Virus record (IMG/VR): IMGVR_UViG_3300050821_001592
Coordinates: 20,703 to 84,702 of that record
Source: a virus
Reading direction: 5' to 3' (one strand)
Length of the DNA stretch: 64,000 nucleotides
A program made the translations under genes and the position numbers. The notes below the pieces were generated by a model, which saw only the letters and a list, made by a program, of their open reading frames with translations, searched no databases and had not been told where the DNA came from. This document shows, one piece after another, positions 46,820-55,958 of this stretch (position 1 is its first letter; the number at the start of each line of letters is the position of its first letter).

Positions 46820-48883
46820 ATGCCCGACTCAAAGTTGGTTGAGGAGATTCTCGCTTCAGCACAAGATGCGCTGGCTCGGGGGTTTGCAATTCTTACATGC
46901 GAACCTCACGACAAATCTCCATGGGCGTTATACAGCCCACACGCGGTCAATAGTTCCACCCGAAACCCTGAAGTCGCATTAAAGCCGTGGGTAGTCGACA
47001 AAGTAGAGGCTAACTATGGCGTGGGGTGCGGGCCATCCAACATCACCGTGGTTGACGTAGACCACGGCGTGAATTCTATTGAAGACTTTGAAAAGTGGCG
47101 CACGGACCACGGTTTCCCCGAGACTTTTACTGTCATCTCGGGTCGAGACGGTTTCGGGGCGCACTTGTACTATTCCGGTGCTGTCGCAACGACGGGTTTT
47201 GATATTGGTGGAGTGACTGGAGAGTTGAAAGGTCACGGCGGGTATGTCGTAGGGCCCGGTTCGGTCCATCCCTCAGGCAAAAAATACTCCATCTACAAAG
47301 ACATCGCTATCGTCCCTCTGCCCGACGGTGTGAGGTCCCTCGCAAAGGAAAAGAAATCTGCGAACTACACGCCTGTGAAGGATGGCGGCAAACTCATTGC
47401 AGCCGGAAATCGATGGCTTCATCTTCAATCCGCATCGGGAAAATTCCGTAATGCAGGCCTCGACGAAGAAGGTATTTACGCAGCCCTGAAGAACTTCGCT
47501 ATCAACAATTGCGAGGACGGAGACAATTATCCTGATGAAAAAATTAGAGAGATTGCCAATGCAGCATTCAATAAGTTCGAGGCCACTGAAGCTGCGCCTA
47601 TTGTGTTCTTCGGCGGCAGCTCCAAGATTGACGTCAACATTACCGAACTGCCACAAACTGCTGTCGACGGAGATTGGATTGGAGAACTATCCCACTGTGT
47701 CGCTGACGGAACTTTTATCCCCCTCTCCTTTGCCAGAGCGCAAATCAAGACAATTCTTGCTGCCTCATTGGATGGTAAGGTAGGATTCCCCGGACAACCT
47801 GACCTCCACATGAAACACTGGAGTATGCTCGTGTCCTCCCACCCAGAATCTGGGAAGGGGGAATCTTGGAAACGTGTAGGCGAACAAGCTCTCGCTAACT
47901 ATATTTCAAAAACCAACATCGGATTGCCAAAATCTGGATGGTTCTCATCCGGCGAGCACATGGTAAAGAAACTCTGCGATGAGCAGTTCGAAAACAAAAA
48001 CTGTCTTGTATATTTCGATGAGTTGAAAATACTCTTCGAAAAAGGCGGGTCGAGCAACTCCACGTTATTCTCGAAAATGATTGAACTGTATGACCGGAAA
48101 GACTCTAGCGCGGGTTCCCTCTCGCACGAAGGTGGGGAGTTCAACAACATCTCTCTGTCCTTCACGGGGGGCTTCACCCGGTCGTCTTACGAGTCCGCAT
48201 TATCCGGCAAGGGCGCGGGCGGTGATGGGTTCTTATCTCGTTGCGTTCTGACATACACCGGAGATGTCACCCACACGGGGGATTGGTCTGAACTGAACCC
48301 CCTCGCGGTAAATGACCTCGCAAACAAGATGCTTCTGCGGTGGCAGATGATTAGCAACAGCATGGGGCTTAATGAAGGGAAACCTTTACAGATATCCGAG
48401 ACGTCGGAAGCCTATGACCTCCGTATGAAGTTTCAGAAAAGCTTAGCAATCCAACGAGCCCGTTTGAATGAAGAGATGCCCGGTATGGGTATGACCTCTC
48501 GTCTGGAGAGTCATTTCAAACGCGACCTCCTACTCCGTGCTATATTCTCGGGAGACCCTGAAGTCACGCCCCTCATTACCGCTGACATGGTTGAGCGGTC
48601 TGTTATTTGGGCAGAACACGAACTTTACCTTCGCGAGGAACTATGGCCTATCGATAAGGGCAACCTTGTCGAGCGCATGGAACAAAGCATGAGAAAGGCT
48701 CTGAAAAAACACGAGGCCTTAACTAAAAGCCAGCTTATGACCGCGTGTAATGTTTTCAGGGCGGGGTCTGGGGGCATGGAAACTTTCGACCGGGCTTTTA
48801 AAGCTATGCTTCGTGGAGCGTTAGTGGTTATCGGCAAAACTTCTAAAGGGACCGAGAAGTTCGGGTTAGACGAGTCCCTCTAA
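46820..48883 (+). CDS. Bifunctional primase-polymerase fused to PriCT and P-loop (DUF3987-like) helicase domain
   Basis: VVDVD, GAHLYY, GGYVVGPGSVHPSG; GNR..L...G.FR PriCT; PESGKG and VYFDEL. Confidence 0.85.
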   Translation: MPDSKLVEEILASAQDALARGFAILTCEPHDKSPWALYSPHAVNSSTRNPEVALKPWVVDKVEANYGVGCGPSNITVVDVDHGVNSIEDFEKWRTDHGFPETFTVISGRDGFGAHLYYSGAVATTGFDIGGVTGELKGHGGYVVGPGSVHPSGKKYSIYKDIAIVPLPDGVRSLAKEKKSANYTPVKDGGKLIAAGNRWLHLQSASGKFRNAGLDEEGIYAALKNFAINNCEDGDNYPDEKIREIANAAFNKFEATEAAPIVFFGGSSKIDVNITELPQTAVDGDWIGELSHCVADGTFIPLSFARAQIKTILAASLDGKVGFPGQPDLHMKHWSMLVSSHPESGKGESWKRVGEQALANYISKTNIGLPKSGWFSSGEHMVKKLCDEQFENKNCLVYFDELKILFEKGGSSNSTLFSKMIELYDRKDSSAGSLSHEGGEFNNISLSFTGGFTRSSYESALSGKGAGGDGFLSRCVLTYTGDVTHTGDWSELNPLAVNDLANKMLLRWQMISNSMGLNEGKPLQISETSEAYDLRMKFQKSLAIQRARLNEEMPGMGMTSRLESHFKRDLLLRAIFSGDPEVTPLITADMVERSVIWAEHELYLREELWPIDKGNLVERMEQSMRKALKKHEALTKSQLMTACNVFRAGSGGMETFDRAFKAMLRGALVVIGKTSKGTEKFGLDESL

Positions 48884-49129
48884 TCACTGTCAAACGGTTG
48901 ACAGTGATGAATACTGTATAAGTCCTTTAGAATGAAGGGCCGACTACAATCACTGTCAAAACACCCTATATATATATACGTGAGGATGAGTTTTTTTTTC
49001 CTAATATAGGGGTATATATATACAATACTTTTGACAGTGATTGACGGGAAACTGTTGATAGTAAATAAGATACGCCGCAAAAACTACTCGACAGTGATTG
49101 ACAGTGATTGACCGTGATTGACAGTGATT
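48882..49129. repeat. Iteron-like GACAGTGATT repeats around an AT-rich core; probable replication origin
   Basis: Inverted copies at 48882 and 48948, direct copies at 48900 and 49033, four tandem at 49090-49129; TATA/poly-T core. Confidence 0.7.
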
Positions 49130-49142
49130 GGAGGAGGTAACT

Positions 49143-51167
49143 GTGGTAACATCGCAAAGAAGACTGTGGATGGATTATGAATCCCGGTCCCATATTGACA
49201 TCAAGAATTACGGTCTGGATAACTACGCGAAGCATCTGACAACCGAGCCGTTGATGATGGCGTATGCTTTCGATGAGTCCGAACCTAAGCTCTGGAAAAT
49301 TTGGATGGGGGAGGAGATGCCCGAAGACCTTAAAGAGGGTCTGCTTAACCCTGAGGTCATGCTCGGCGCATGGAATTTTAACTTTGAAAAAGATATAACC
49401 GAATATAAAATCGGGATTCAAACGCCCCTGTCCCGATGGTTCGACCCGTCCGTCTTGTGTGCGTACATGTCCCTCCCTATAGGTTTGGACCGGGCATCTA
49501 AGGCCCTCGGACTCAAAGAGAAGAAGATTCACCAGACGGGCCCGAAACGCGGTATCGCTTTGTTTTCAAAACCCAGCAAGACGAAGAAGACGTCCCTGAA
49601 GAAAGACCCAACTCTCCCGCCGACGTATTTCAAAGATTGGAACAGCCACCCCGAGGATTGGGAGATTTGGTGCCAGTACTGTTTGCAGGATGTCCGAGCT
49701 GAGCGAGAGGCATGGCATAGGGCCGTAGAATATAACTGCCCGATGACAGATGAAGAGTTCCGTGCGTGGCAGCTCGACCAACGGATGAACGAGACGGGCC
49801 CCTATATCGACGAGCAATACGTCACCAACGCTAAGGCTCTTGCTGAAGCTGAAGCTGAGGAAATCCTATCGGAGATTAAAGCCAACACAGGCTTGGAGAA
49901 CCCAAACAGTCGCGACCAGATGCTTGAATGGTTGACCGACCGTGGATATCCATTCACATCCCTCGATAAAGAGCATATCGAAGAGGCCCTGAAACACAAA
50001 ACTCTGAAACCTCTCGTCCGTCAAATGTTAGAACTAAAACAGAAGCTCGGCGGTAGTGCGTACAAAAAACTCGAAGCAATTCTGGACCGCATGGGGGTCG
50101 ATAAACGGCTGCGCGACCAGTTTATCTATCACGGGGCCCACACCGGACGTTGGGCGGGTCGTGGAGTACAGCTCCAGAATCTATTCAAGCCCGACCGTAA
50201 TGTCCTCGCGTACTCATGGGAGAAAGACACCACAAAGCGGTTGGATATCTACACGCGGGCTATCCGAACGGGTAAAAAGATTTACTCCCCGTTCACCCCT
50301 ATGAACCTCGTCGCAAGTACAATCCGGTCGGCGTTTGTCGCCACACCGGGGCACAAACTAGACGTCGGCGATTTAGCACAAATCGAAAGCCGGGTTCTGT
50401 GCGTTCTCGCCCGTTGCGTATCGATGTCTGAGGCATACGCGGCAGGACGGGACCTCTATAAAGAGTGTATGGCGAAGCAGCTCGGGATTGATATATCTCA
50501 GGTCACGAAGGCCCATCGCGACCGGGGCAAGGTCCAAGTTCTCGGCTGTGGTTACGGGATGGGTTGGGAGAAGTTCATCGCGTATGCCGCAACTTACGGA
50601 CTCATACTCACAGAGAAAGACGCTAAGGAAAGTGTCTACGGTTTTCGCGAAGCCTATCCTGAAATACCGGATTTGTGGAAAGAGTTCAACACGGCTGTTA
50701 TCCGAGCTGTGAAATCAAACATCTGCGTCTACGTGAAGGGATGTGTCGTTGACGGAAGAGACGCTCGCGTTCTGAAAATTAAGCTCCCTTCCGGTCGGGC
50801 ACTTCACTACTTCAGTCCGTACGTCAACATCAGTATGAAGTTCGGGCGTCCGCTGGAACAGGTGTCTTACACTCAGTATGACGCCAAGGGTTCGAAGCTT
50901 TCGGATTTGTACGGCGGGCTTATCGTCGAGAATGTCGTGCAAGCTATAGCTAGGGACATCCTATTGAACGGCATGTTCGAAGCGGAGAAAGCGGGCTTTA
51001 CGATAATCATGACTATTCACGACGAAATCGTAGCAGAATCTTTAATAGATTCAAAATTAAACCTTGACACCCTGCTAGATTGTATGGTCAAATGTCCTCA
51101 GTGGGCCGAGGGTATGGGCTTTACGCTCAAGGCTGAAGGGTATGAAGGACTGTATTACAAGAAATGA
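49143..51167 (+). CDS. DNA polymerase family A with 3'-5' exonuclease
   Basis: DYESRS exo I, HTGRW, DLAQIESR (motif A), RGK..LG.GYGMG (B), IHDEIV (C); GGAGG RBS before GTG 49143. Confidence 0.93.
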   Translation: MVTSQRRLWMDYESRSHIDIKNYGLDNYAKHLTTEPLMMAYAFDESEPKLWKIWMGEEMPEDLKEGLLNPEVMLGAWNFNFEKDITEYKIGIQTPLSRWFDPSVLCAYMSLPIGLDRASKALGLKEKKIHQTGPKRGIALFSKPSKTKKTSLKKDPTLPPTYFKDWNSHPEDWEIWCQYCLQDVRAEREAWHRAVEYNCPMTDEEFRAWQLDQRMNETGPYIDEQYVTNAKALAEAEAEEILSEIKANTGLENPNSRDQMLEWLTDRGYPFTSLDKEHIEEALKHKTLKPLVRQMLELKQKLGGSAYKKLEAILDRMGVDKRLRDQFIYHGAHTGRWAGRGVQLQNLFKPDRNVLAYSWEKDTTKRLDIYTRAIRTGKKIYSPFTPMNLVASTIRSAFVATPGHKLDVGDLAQIESRVLCVLARCVSMSEAYAAGRDLYKECMAKQLGIDISQVTKAHRDRGKVQVLGCGYGMGWEKFIAYAATYGLILTEKDAKESVYGFREAYPEIPDLWKEFNTAVIRAVKSNICVYVKGCVVDGRDARVLKIKLPSGRALHYFSPYVNISMKFGRPLEQVSYTQYDAKGSKLSDLYGGLIVENVVQAIARDILLNGMFEAEKAGFTIIMTIHDEIVAESLIDSKLNLDTLLDCMVKCPQWAEGMGFTLKAEGYEGLYYKK

Positions 51168-51173
51168 GGGATT

Positions 51174-51359
51174 ATGAAAGTCAATGTCGTTGAGACTTGG
51201 AGGCATACGTACTCTGTCAGGCTCGGACAGTTCCGATTGGATTTTGAAGGGACGAAAGCTCGCGCCGATGAAATCGCGGCCTATCTCAAGCGGTCTATCA
51301 ACCGTTCGGGCACGAAAAAGAAAAGCTTGACAGCCGCGTCGAGGTTTGATACTCTCTAA
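51174..51359 (+). CDS. Small hypothetical protein
   Basis: GAGG RBS, follows the polymerase. Confidence 0.5.
   Translation: MKVNVVETWRHTYSVRLGQFRLDFEGTKARADEIAAYLKRSINRSGTKKKSLTAASRFDTL
51327..51355 (+). promoter_or_regulatory. Sigma70 promoter of the ncRNA array
   Basis: TTGACA-17 nt-TACTCT; predicted +1 falls at the first stem (about 51362). Confidence 0.7.
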
Positions 51360-51623
51360 ATAGGGGGAACCAATCCCGAAACGAATGAGCGAGGCTAACC
51401 TTGGGACCTCGCCCTTGAATCGGTGGAAAACCCCTCTAATTCTAGAAACAGGCGTGGATGGGAGATTCGGGTCATCCTAGGATTGACACGTTGAAGCCTG
51501 TACCCGTCGAGTCCAGTCCACACAACGACGGGAATTTTAAGTTTGGGTAGCGCAGGACTTCCGTTGCGGTCTTCCGGGTGACCGGAAACACACTTGCCGG
51601 GAGTCCAGAGCGGACCCAATTAT

Positions 51624-51777
51624 GGGCATACGCTGTTAGGGAAAGCGGGCCTTAAACCCGCCACAGCATTGCATGGAGACGTTGTCTAAAAGAAAACAGG
51701 TAAAGACTGAGGTAACTCTGCTAGTAGCCTGTTAGTAATCCATGCAGAACGACGGTTCGATTCCGTAGGTGCCCACC
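51624..51777 (+). ncRNA. tRNA-like RNA (acceptor stem + T-arm, enlarged internal arms)
   Basis: GGGCAT pairs GTGCCC-ACC; ACGG-TTCGATT-CCGT; arms GCTGT/ACAGC and TGCATGGA/TCCATGCA. Confidence 0.6.
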
Positions 51778-51858
51778 GAATCTAAGTTTGCGGCAAGTCG
51801 TGGATTACCTGCTACGCCTATCGAGGGCGTCGTAATGCAGGAGAGCCGCAAAAATTAT

Positions 51859-52230
51859 TACGGTATGAAGGCGTGGTTTCCATTGCCAGACGCGGGTTCG
51901 ACTCCCGCCGCCTCCACCCGACAACACGAAGCGGACTTAGAGCGCAAAACCTTTTGGGGCAGCGATGACGGCTCGCCATTAGGGAGTAGGCTCGAACGGC
52001 TCCGACCTAGACAGTCAACTAGCGTATGCTTCGTGTTGCCCGGTGGGGGCGTCACGGAATCGATGGGGATGATGAAGGCACGCTGGACTGTACGAGGTTA
52101 CATGGCCCTCGTTAATCAGACACGTAAATCACAAATGCCACGCCAAAACGTGCGTTTGCTGCCGCTGCTGGACGCTAACCCGTCCTGCACGACTGAGTTC
52201 GCGGGGCACTTGGAAACAGAAGCCCCGCAA
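51859..52230 (+). ncRNA. ssrA: Circularly permuted (two-piece) tmRNA
   Basis: 3' end GACGCGGGTTCGACTCCCGCCGCCTCCACC (to 51918) precedes 5' end GGGGGCGTCACGGAATCGATGGGG (52045); G3:U70 pair, helix 2, pk1 and tag frame 52137-52178 all present. Outer ends are approximate. Confidence 0.88.
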
Positions 52231-52432
52231 AAATTGACCTAATCCTGATTCCCAGAGGCGGAACATGCTAGCCACCGTTTGTTGGGATAAAGGAAGCAGT
52301 GAGGGGGCACAGGGCTCGCAAAGCGAGACCTGACTAAACGCTGGGCAGAAATGCCGAAGCCCCCGAATTTGACGTTGCTGTCTGACCATCCGAGCCTTGG
52401 GCTACAGACAGGCGCTTAATTGAAACACGGCT

Positions 52433-52702
52433 GTGCGCGACCGCGAGGTCATACAGGCGAACCAGATTCTAGGAGGGCTCGTGGATAAGACAACACAAAT
52501 ATTCGTAGTAGAGGCGGGGCAAGAGTTTGAAATTCAGGTCATGGGCTCTGAGGCTTCGGTAGCCGACCCGACAGGTATCATCAACGGAATCACGTACCGC
52601 TATCGAGCCGACTCTAGCGGGCTTACTCAACTCGGACAAGCCTACCGCTCCGTACCAAGTCGAATCGAAGGTCGTTGGATGCTCGAAAGGAAACCCCTCT
52701 AA
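52433..52702 (+). CDS. Hypothetical protein (start uncertain)
   Basis: TAATG coupling to the next gene; GGAGG at 52471 suggests GTG 52481. Confidence 0.5.
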   Translation: MRDREVIQANQILGGLVDKTTQIFVVEAGQEFEIQVMGSEASVADPTGIINGITYRYRADSSGLTQLGQAYRSVPSRIEGRWMLERKPL

Positions 52703-53295
52703 TGGAAATCTTCATTACGAGCGATGAGCACTACGGACATCGAAACATCATTACGTATTGTAAACGTCCGTTTGCAAACACAGATGCGATGCGAGATTAT
52801 ATCATCGCTCAGCACAACAAGAAGGTTCCGCGCTCGCCGAACTACCTTACGATTCATGCGGGCGATATGTTCTGGAATACCCTGACTCAAAAAGAGGCGG
52901 CTGAAATCCTCTATCAGTTGAATGGCAAGCATGCCTTCCTGTATGGGAATCATGACGAGTTAATCGAGAACAACCCTTGGATACGCTCTGAATTTATGTG
53001 GGTCAAGGGCGAGAATAAGGTCGGCGGCGCAACCATAGTTAATTTTAACAACAAGAAACTCCTCGTCAGCCATTTCGCACATCGTGTGTGGGAGAGAAGC
53101 CATAAAGGGAGCTACCATGTTTACGGACATTCGCATCAGGAATTACCGCCGTTGGGTCAATCTTTTGATATCGGAGTTGAGGGACACGATTACAGCCCTT
53201 GGTCGCTGGAAGAGATTTTTTCAAGAATGGAGACGCTTAAACCGCACCATGTAATTCCGAAGGACCAGATATGGGATGGCAAGTCTACCGAATAG
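52702..53295 (+). CDS. Calcineurin-like metallophosphoesterase
   Basis: TSDEHYGH, HAGD, GNHD, SHF, YGHSH, FDIGVE. Confidence 0.9.
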   Translation: MEIFITSDEHYGHRNIITYCKRPFANTDAMRDYIIAQHNKKVPRSPNYLTIHAGDMFWNTLTQKEAAEILYQLNGKHAFLYGNHDELIENNPWIRSEFMWVKGENKVGGATIVNFNNKKLLVSHFAHRVWERSHKGSYHVYGHSHQELPPLGQSFDIGVEGHDYSPWSLEEIFSRMETLKPHHVIPKDQIWDGKSTE

Positions 53296-53513
53296 TCAAC
53301 GAAGAGGGGCTCAAGATGCTCGGCCCCTTTAAGACGCCGCACATGGCGAAGCTGAGGGCCGAACAAAATGCGAAGTATCTGAAATCCCTCGGGTATGACC
53401 TAGTGTGGTACAAAGTGGAGGAAATAATTGGCGATTATGACTCAAACCCACTCAACCCACTTAACTCGGTTATATTTCCAACAGTGGGTCGGGACGGCTG
53501 GCAAACATTTTGA
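53271..53513 (+). CDS. Hypothetical protein
   Basis: AAGGA RBS, overlaps the upstream stop. Confidence 0.5.
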   Translation: MGWQVYRIVNEEGLKMLGPFKTPHMAKLRAEQNAKYLKSLGYDLVWYKVEEIIGDYDSNPLNPLNSVIFPTVGRDGWQTF

Positions 53514-53826
53514 AGTGGAGTTCGCCACACCAACAGTCGTTGACCCTTTTGACCGTATGCGGATTGTGTGTCTGAAGTGCCGCCAGACCCTTACGGGAGA
53601 CGTCCCTGAAACACCGGAGAAGCTCGATTGGACGATGCAGAGGTTCGTAGAGATTCACGCTCATAAAAACACTGGTATACCGTGTATACCGAATTCGACT
53701 GTGAATGCGGTTGACCCTATGTCAACGAAGCCCGTGACAGCGGATTTCAAGCCCGTGAAGCCCGTGAAGCCCGTGAAGCTGAGCGTCTTTTCAAAATCTG
53801 GACGGAGGTTTCGTGAAGCTAACTAG
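53428..53826 (+). CDS. Hypothetical protein with CxxC (start probably later)
   Basis: CLKC...HAH; KPV x3 from a 9-bp tandem repeat. Confidence 0.5.
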   Translation: MAIMTQTHSTHLTRLYFQQWVGTAGKHFEVEFATPTVVDPFDRMRIVCLKCRQTLTGDVPETPEKLDWTMQRFVEIHAHKNTGIPCIPNSTVNAVDPMSTKPVTADFKPVKPVKPVKLSVFSKSGRRFREAN

Positions 53827-54250
53827 TGCAGAGAAAACGACTGAGATGCTTAACACCCTTCGGGGGGTGAGCGACCAGTGTTTCAATATTGACAGTCCGC
53901 CCGAGAGTGAGTTCTCGTGGAGGTTCGAGGCGGGGGACGTATTCATCCTTCGATTTGACCCCATGCTCGGTATTGGATTTGGGCCTGTCGTAGCGTACGC
54001 GATTTGTACTCCTATGAATTTTTTGTGGCAGATAGCGACCTTTCCGCCGTACCGTGGGCGCGGTTTTGCGACTGATTTACTGAAAGAGATTTTCGAGGAG
54101 TATAAAGGGGACATTGAACTCACAGTAAGGCTTGACAACGCGACCGCGCAGATGCTATATTTGAAGAATGGTTTTAGAGTCGTGTCAGTTCTTCGGAAGT
54201 ACTTCCCCCCTGAAGACGGCCTTCTCATGAGGAGAGTTCATGTTCCTTGA
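53813..54250 (+). CDS. GNAT (RimI-like) acetyltransferase
   Basis: PPYRGRGFAT.LL, LTVRLDN..A..LY.K.GF, RKYF..EDGL.M. Confidence 0.88.
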   Translation: MKLTSAEKTTEMLNTLRGVSDQCFNIDSPPESEFSWRFEAGDVFILRFDPMLGIGFGPVVAYAICTPMNFLWQIATFPPYRGRGFATDLLKEIFEEYKGDIELTVRLDNATAQMLYLKNGFRVVSVLRKYFPPEDGLLMRRVHVP

Positions 54251-54812
54251 ATGTTCGAAGTGTGAAGACCTAGTTGATGTTGAAACACGGACGGTTGTTG
54301 CGCCATTCGTATGTAAGTGGTGCGAGGAGGGTTTCATCGTGGACTATCCAAAATACATCATTGAAGTTTTTCTTACCCTCTCGGGGTGGCAACGGTCTAT
54401 TGACCTCAACGGAGTGTTCTCATCGTACGATGAGGCTCAAGCCGCGATTGATTCGTTTCAAGACAGCATGACCCGTCGGGTTGTACCCCTCGCTTCCCCC
54501 ACCCCGCCACAGCCCCAGAGTCCAGCATACATGGATTACGTCCACATGGATGATTCGAACGACTCAGACAACTCGGATGACCCGAACCACCCGGATGACA
54601 TACTCGGGATTGACCCCGTTCCGGTTGATAACCAGTTCGCCCTCGATACGAAATTGATTGAGGATATTGAGGCGCAACTAGCTGAGGCGAATAGTATGAT
54701 TGATTGTTATGAGAAAACGACATCAACCCTCCAAAAAATCGTCGATGAGCAAGAGAGTGACATCCGAGTGTACCGCAAGCTCCTCGGGCTGTCAGTGTCT
54801 GAAAATTGTTAA
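54240..54812 (+). CDS. Hypothetical protein: Zn ribbon, acidic linker, coiled coil
   Basis: CSKC...CKWC; Asp-rich stretch; heptads. Confidence 0.6.
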   Translation: MFLECSKCEDLVDVETRTVVAPFVCKWCEEGFIVDYPKYIIEVFLTLSGWQRSIDLNGVFSSYDEAQAAIDSFQDSMTRRVVPLASPTPPQPQSPAYMDYVHMDDSNDSDNSDDPNHPDDILGIDPVPVDNQFALDTKLIEDIEAQLAEANSMIDCYEKTTSTLQKIVDEQESDIRVYRKLLGLSVSENC

Positions 54813-54836
54813 CTTGTTAAATTAGAAGGAGTTTCA

Positions 54837-55937
54837 ATGAAGATTTTTTCGATTGTGCTGTTGATATTGGCCATGGCTATGGGCGTGTCCGCTCAGACTT
54901 ACGACACCCTCCTCGTCAATGGAGCTGCCACCCCGTCACAAATTCCTGACCTCATGGCCTACCGTGCGGTGTTCGTCCACATGCAGGACCCCAATGATTC
55001 TGTCCCCGTAGCGGACCGCGTGTCCCAGATTCCGTTCACGAACTTACAGGACATGTCAACCTTTGAAACGACGACACAGAGCTTCTACTCCGCGTACACA
55101 TCTGCTACGACCCGCGCTCAGAAAGACGCGATTGTGCAGAACACTATGAACTCCTTGAATACTAATCTGAGTTCTCCGGGGTCTCTGACTCTCAACAACT
55201 ACATCCAGAGTCAGAAGTCGGGAATCAACGTATACGGCGGGGTCATCAACGGAAATAGTATTGTCCTGTACACGACGTACTATTCTGTTACCGCTCTCTA
55301 CACAGGAACTGTTGAGTCTATCTGGGATGATTACAGCAGTGATGAAGGGTATGACGACGTCGGCGGCGGTGGTGGGTTGGTGTGCTCTGATTCACCGCAG
55401 AACCCTTTGCTTCAATACGGAATCACTCAAATCCCCGGTACGGTCACCGGACAGACTAGCTCCGTAGCGTATAACATCCCAAACGGCAGCACTTCTGGTT
55501 TTGGTGCATCAGGCGGGTACCCCGGAGCTGGAACGATTTACACGTCAACAACGACCTATAAGTTCCTCCAGTTCTGTACCATCCAAGGTCGGGACCCGTG
55601 GTACCAAAACATTTCTTTCTCGATTAGCCCTCAGTTCGAGATTGCGTATACGAAGTCTCTCAACACCGGAATCGCGTATGGTTGCTGGGTAAATCACGCC
55701 GGAGTTACGACATGTTGGTACCCGACGTCCGCGTGGTGTCAGGTCCCCAATCCCGACTACAACCCATCGGCAATTAGCGATACGCAGTTTTGGGCAGCTT
55801 GGTACGTCGAAGCGGCTTGTGGCCGACTCGGTACCAGTGGTCCTTGGACGTGTGTCCTAGGATTGGCGAAGGGCACGACAAACCAAATACGAGCTGGTAG
55901 TTTCGGAAGCCCTATGCCATGTTCATATAACCCGTAA
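54837..55937 (+). CDS. Secreted Cys/Thr/Tyr-rich protein
   Basis: AAGGAG RBS; signal peptide MKIFSIVLLILAMAMGVSA; eight Cys in the C-terminal half. Confidence 0.75.
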   Translation: MKIFSIVLLILAMAMGVSAQTYDTLLVNGAATPSQIPDLMAYRAVFVHMQDPNDSVPVADRVSQIPFTNLQDMSTFETTTQSFYSAYTSATTRAQKDAIVQNTMNSLNTNLSSPGSLTLNNYIQSQKSGINVYGGVINGNSIVLYTTYYSVTALYTGTVESIWDDYSSDEGYDDVGGGGGLVCSDSPQNPLLQYGITQIPGTVTGQTSSVAYNIPNGSTSGFGASGGYPGAGTIYTSTTTYKFLQFCTIQGRDPWYQNISFSISPQFEIAYTKSLNTGIAYGCWVNHAGVTTCWYPTSAWCQVPNPDYNPSAISDTQFWAAWYVEAACGRLGTSGPWTCVLGLAKGTTNQIRAGSFGSPMPCSYNP

Positions 55938-55958
55938 TTCAGGCCGTAACCCGGACTC

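Larger units (their letters stand above)
51362..52420 (+). ncRNA. Array of consecutive structured RNA modules
   Basis: Back-to-back closed stems separated by short A/T linkers; no convincing CDS. Confidence 0.65.

Noticed and set aside
49090-49129. Mini-CRISPR
   Set aside because: 10-bp tandem units without spacers; better explained as iterons.
51645-51661. Ochre suppressor tRNA (TTA in a 7-nt loop) or genetic-code reassignment
   Set aside because: Loop lacks U33 and is not in the anticodon position; core genes read uninterrupted in code 11 and use all three stops.
51769-52242. 157-aa plus-strand ORF across the tmRNA
   Set aside because: No RBS or protein motif; the sequence is fully explained by tmRNA structure.
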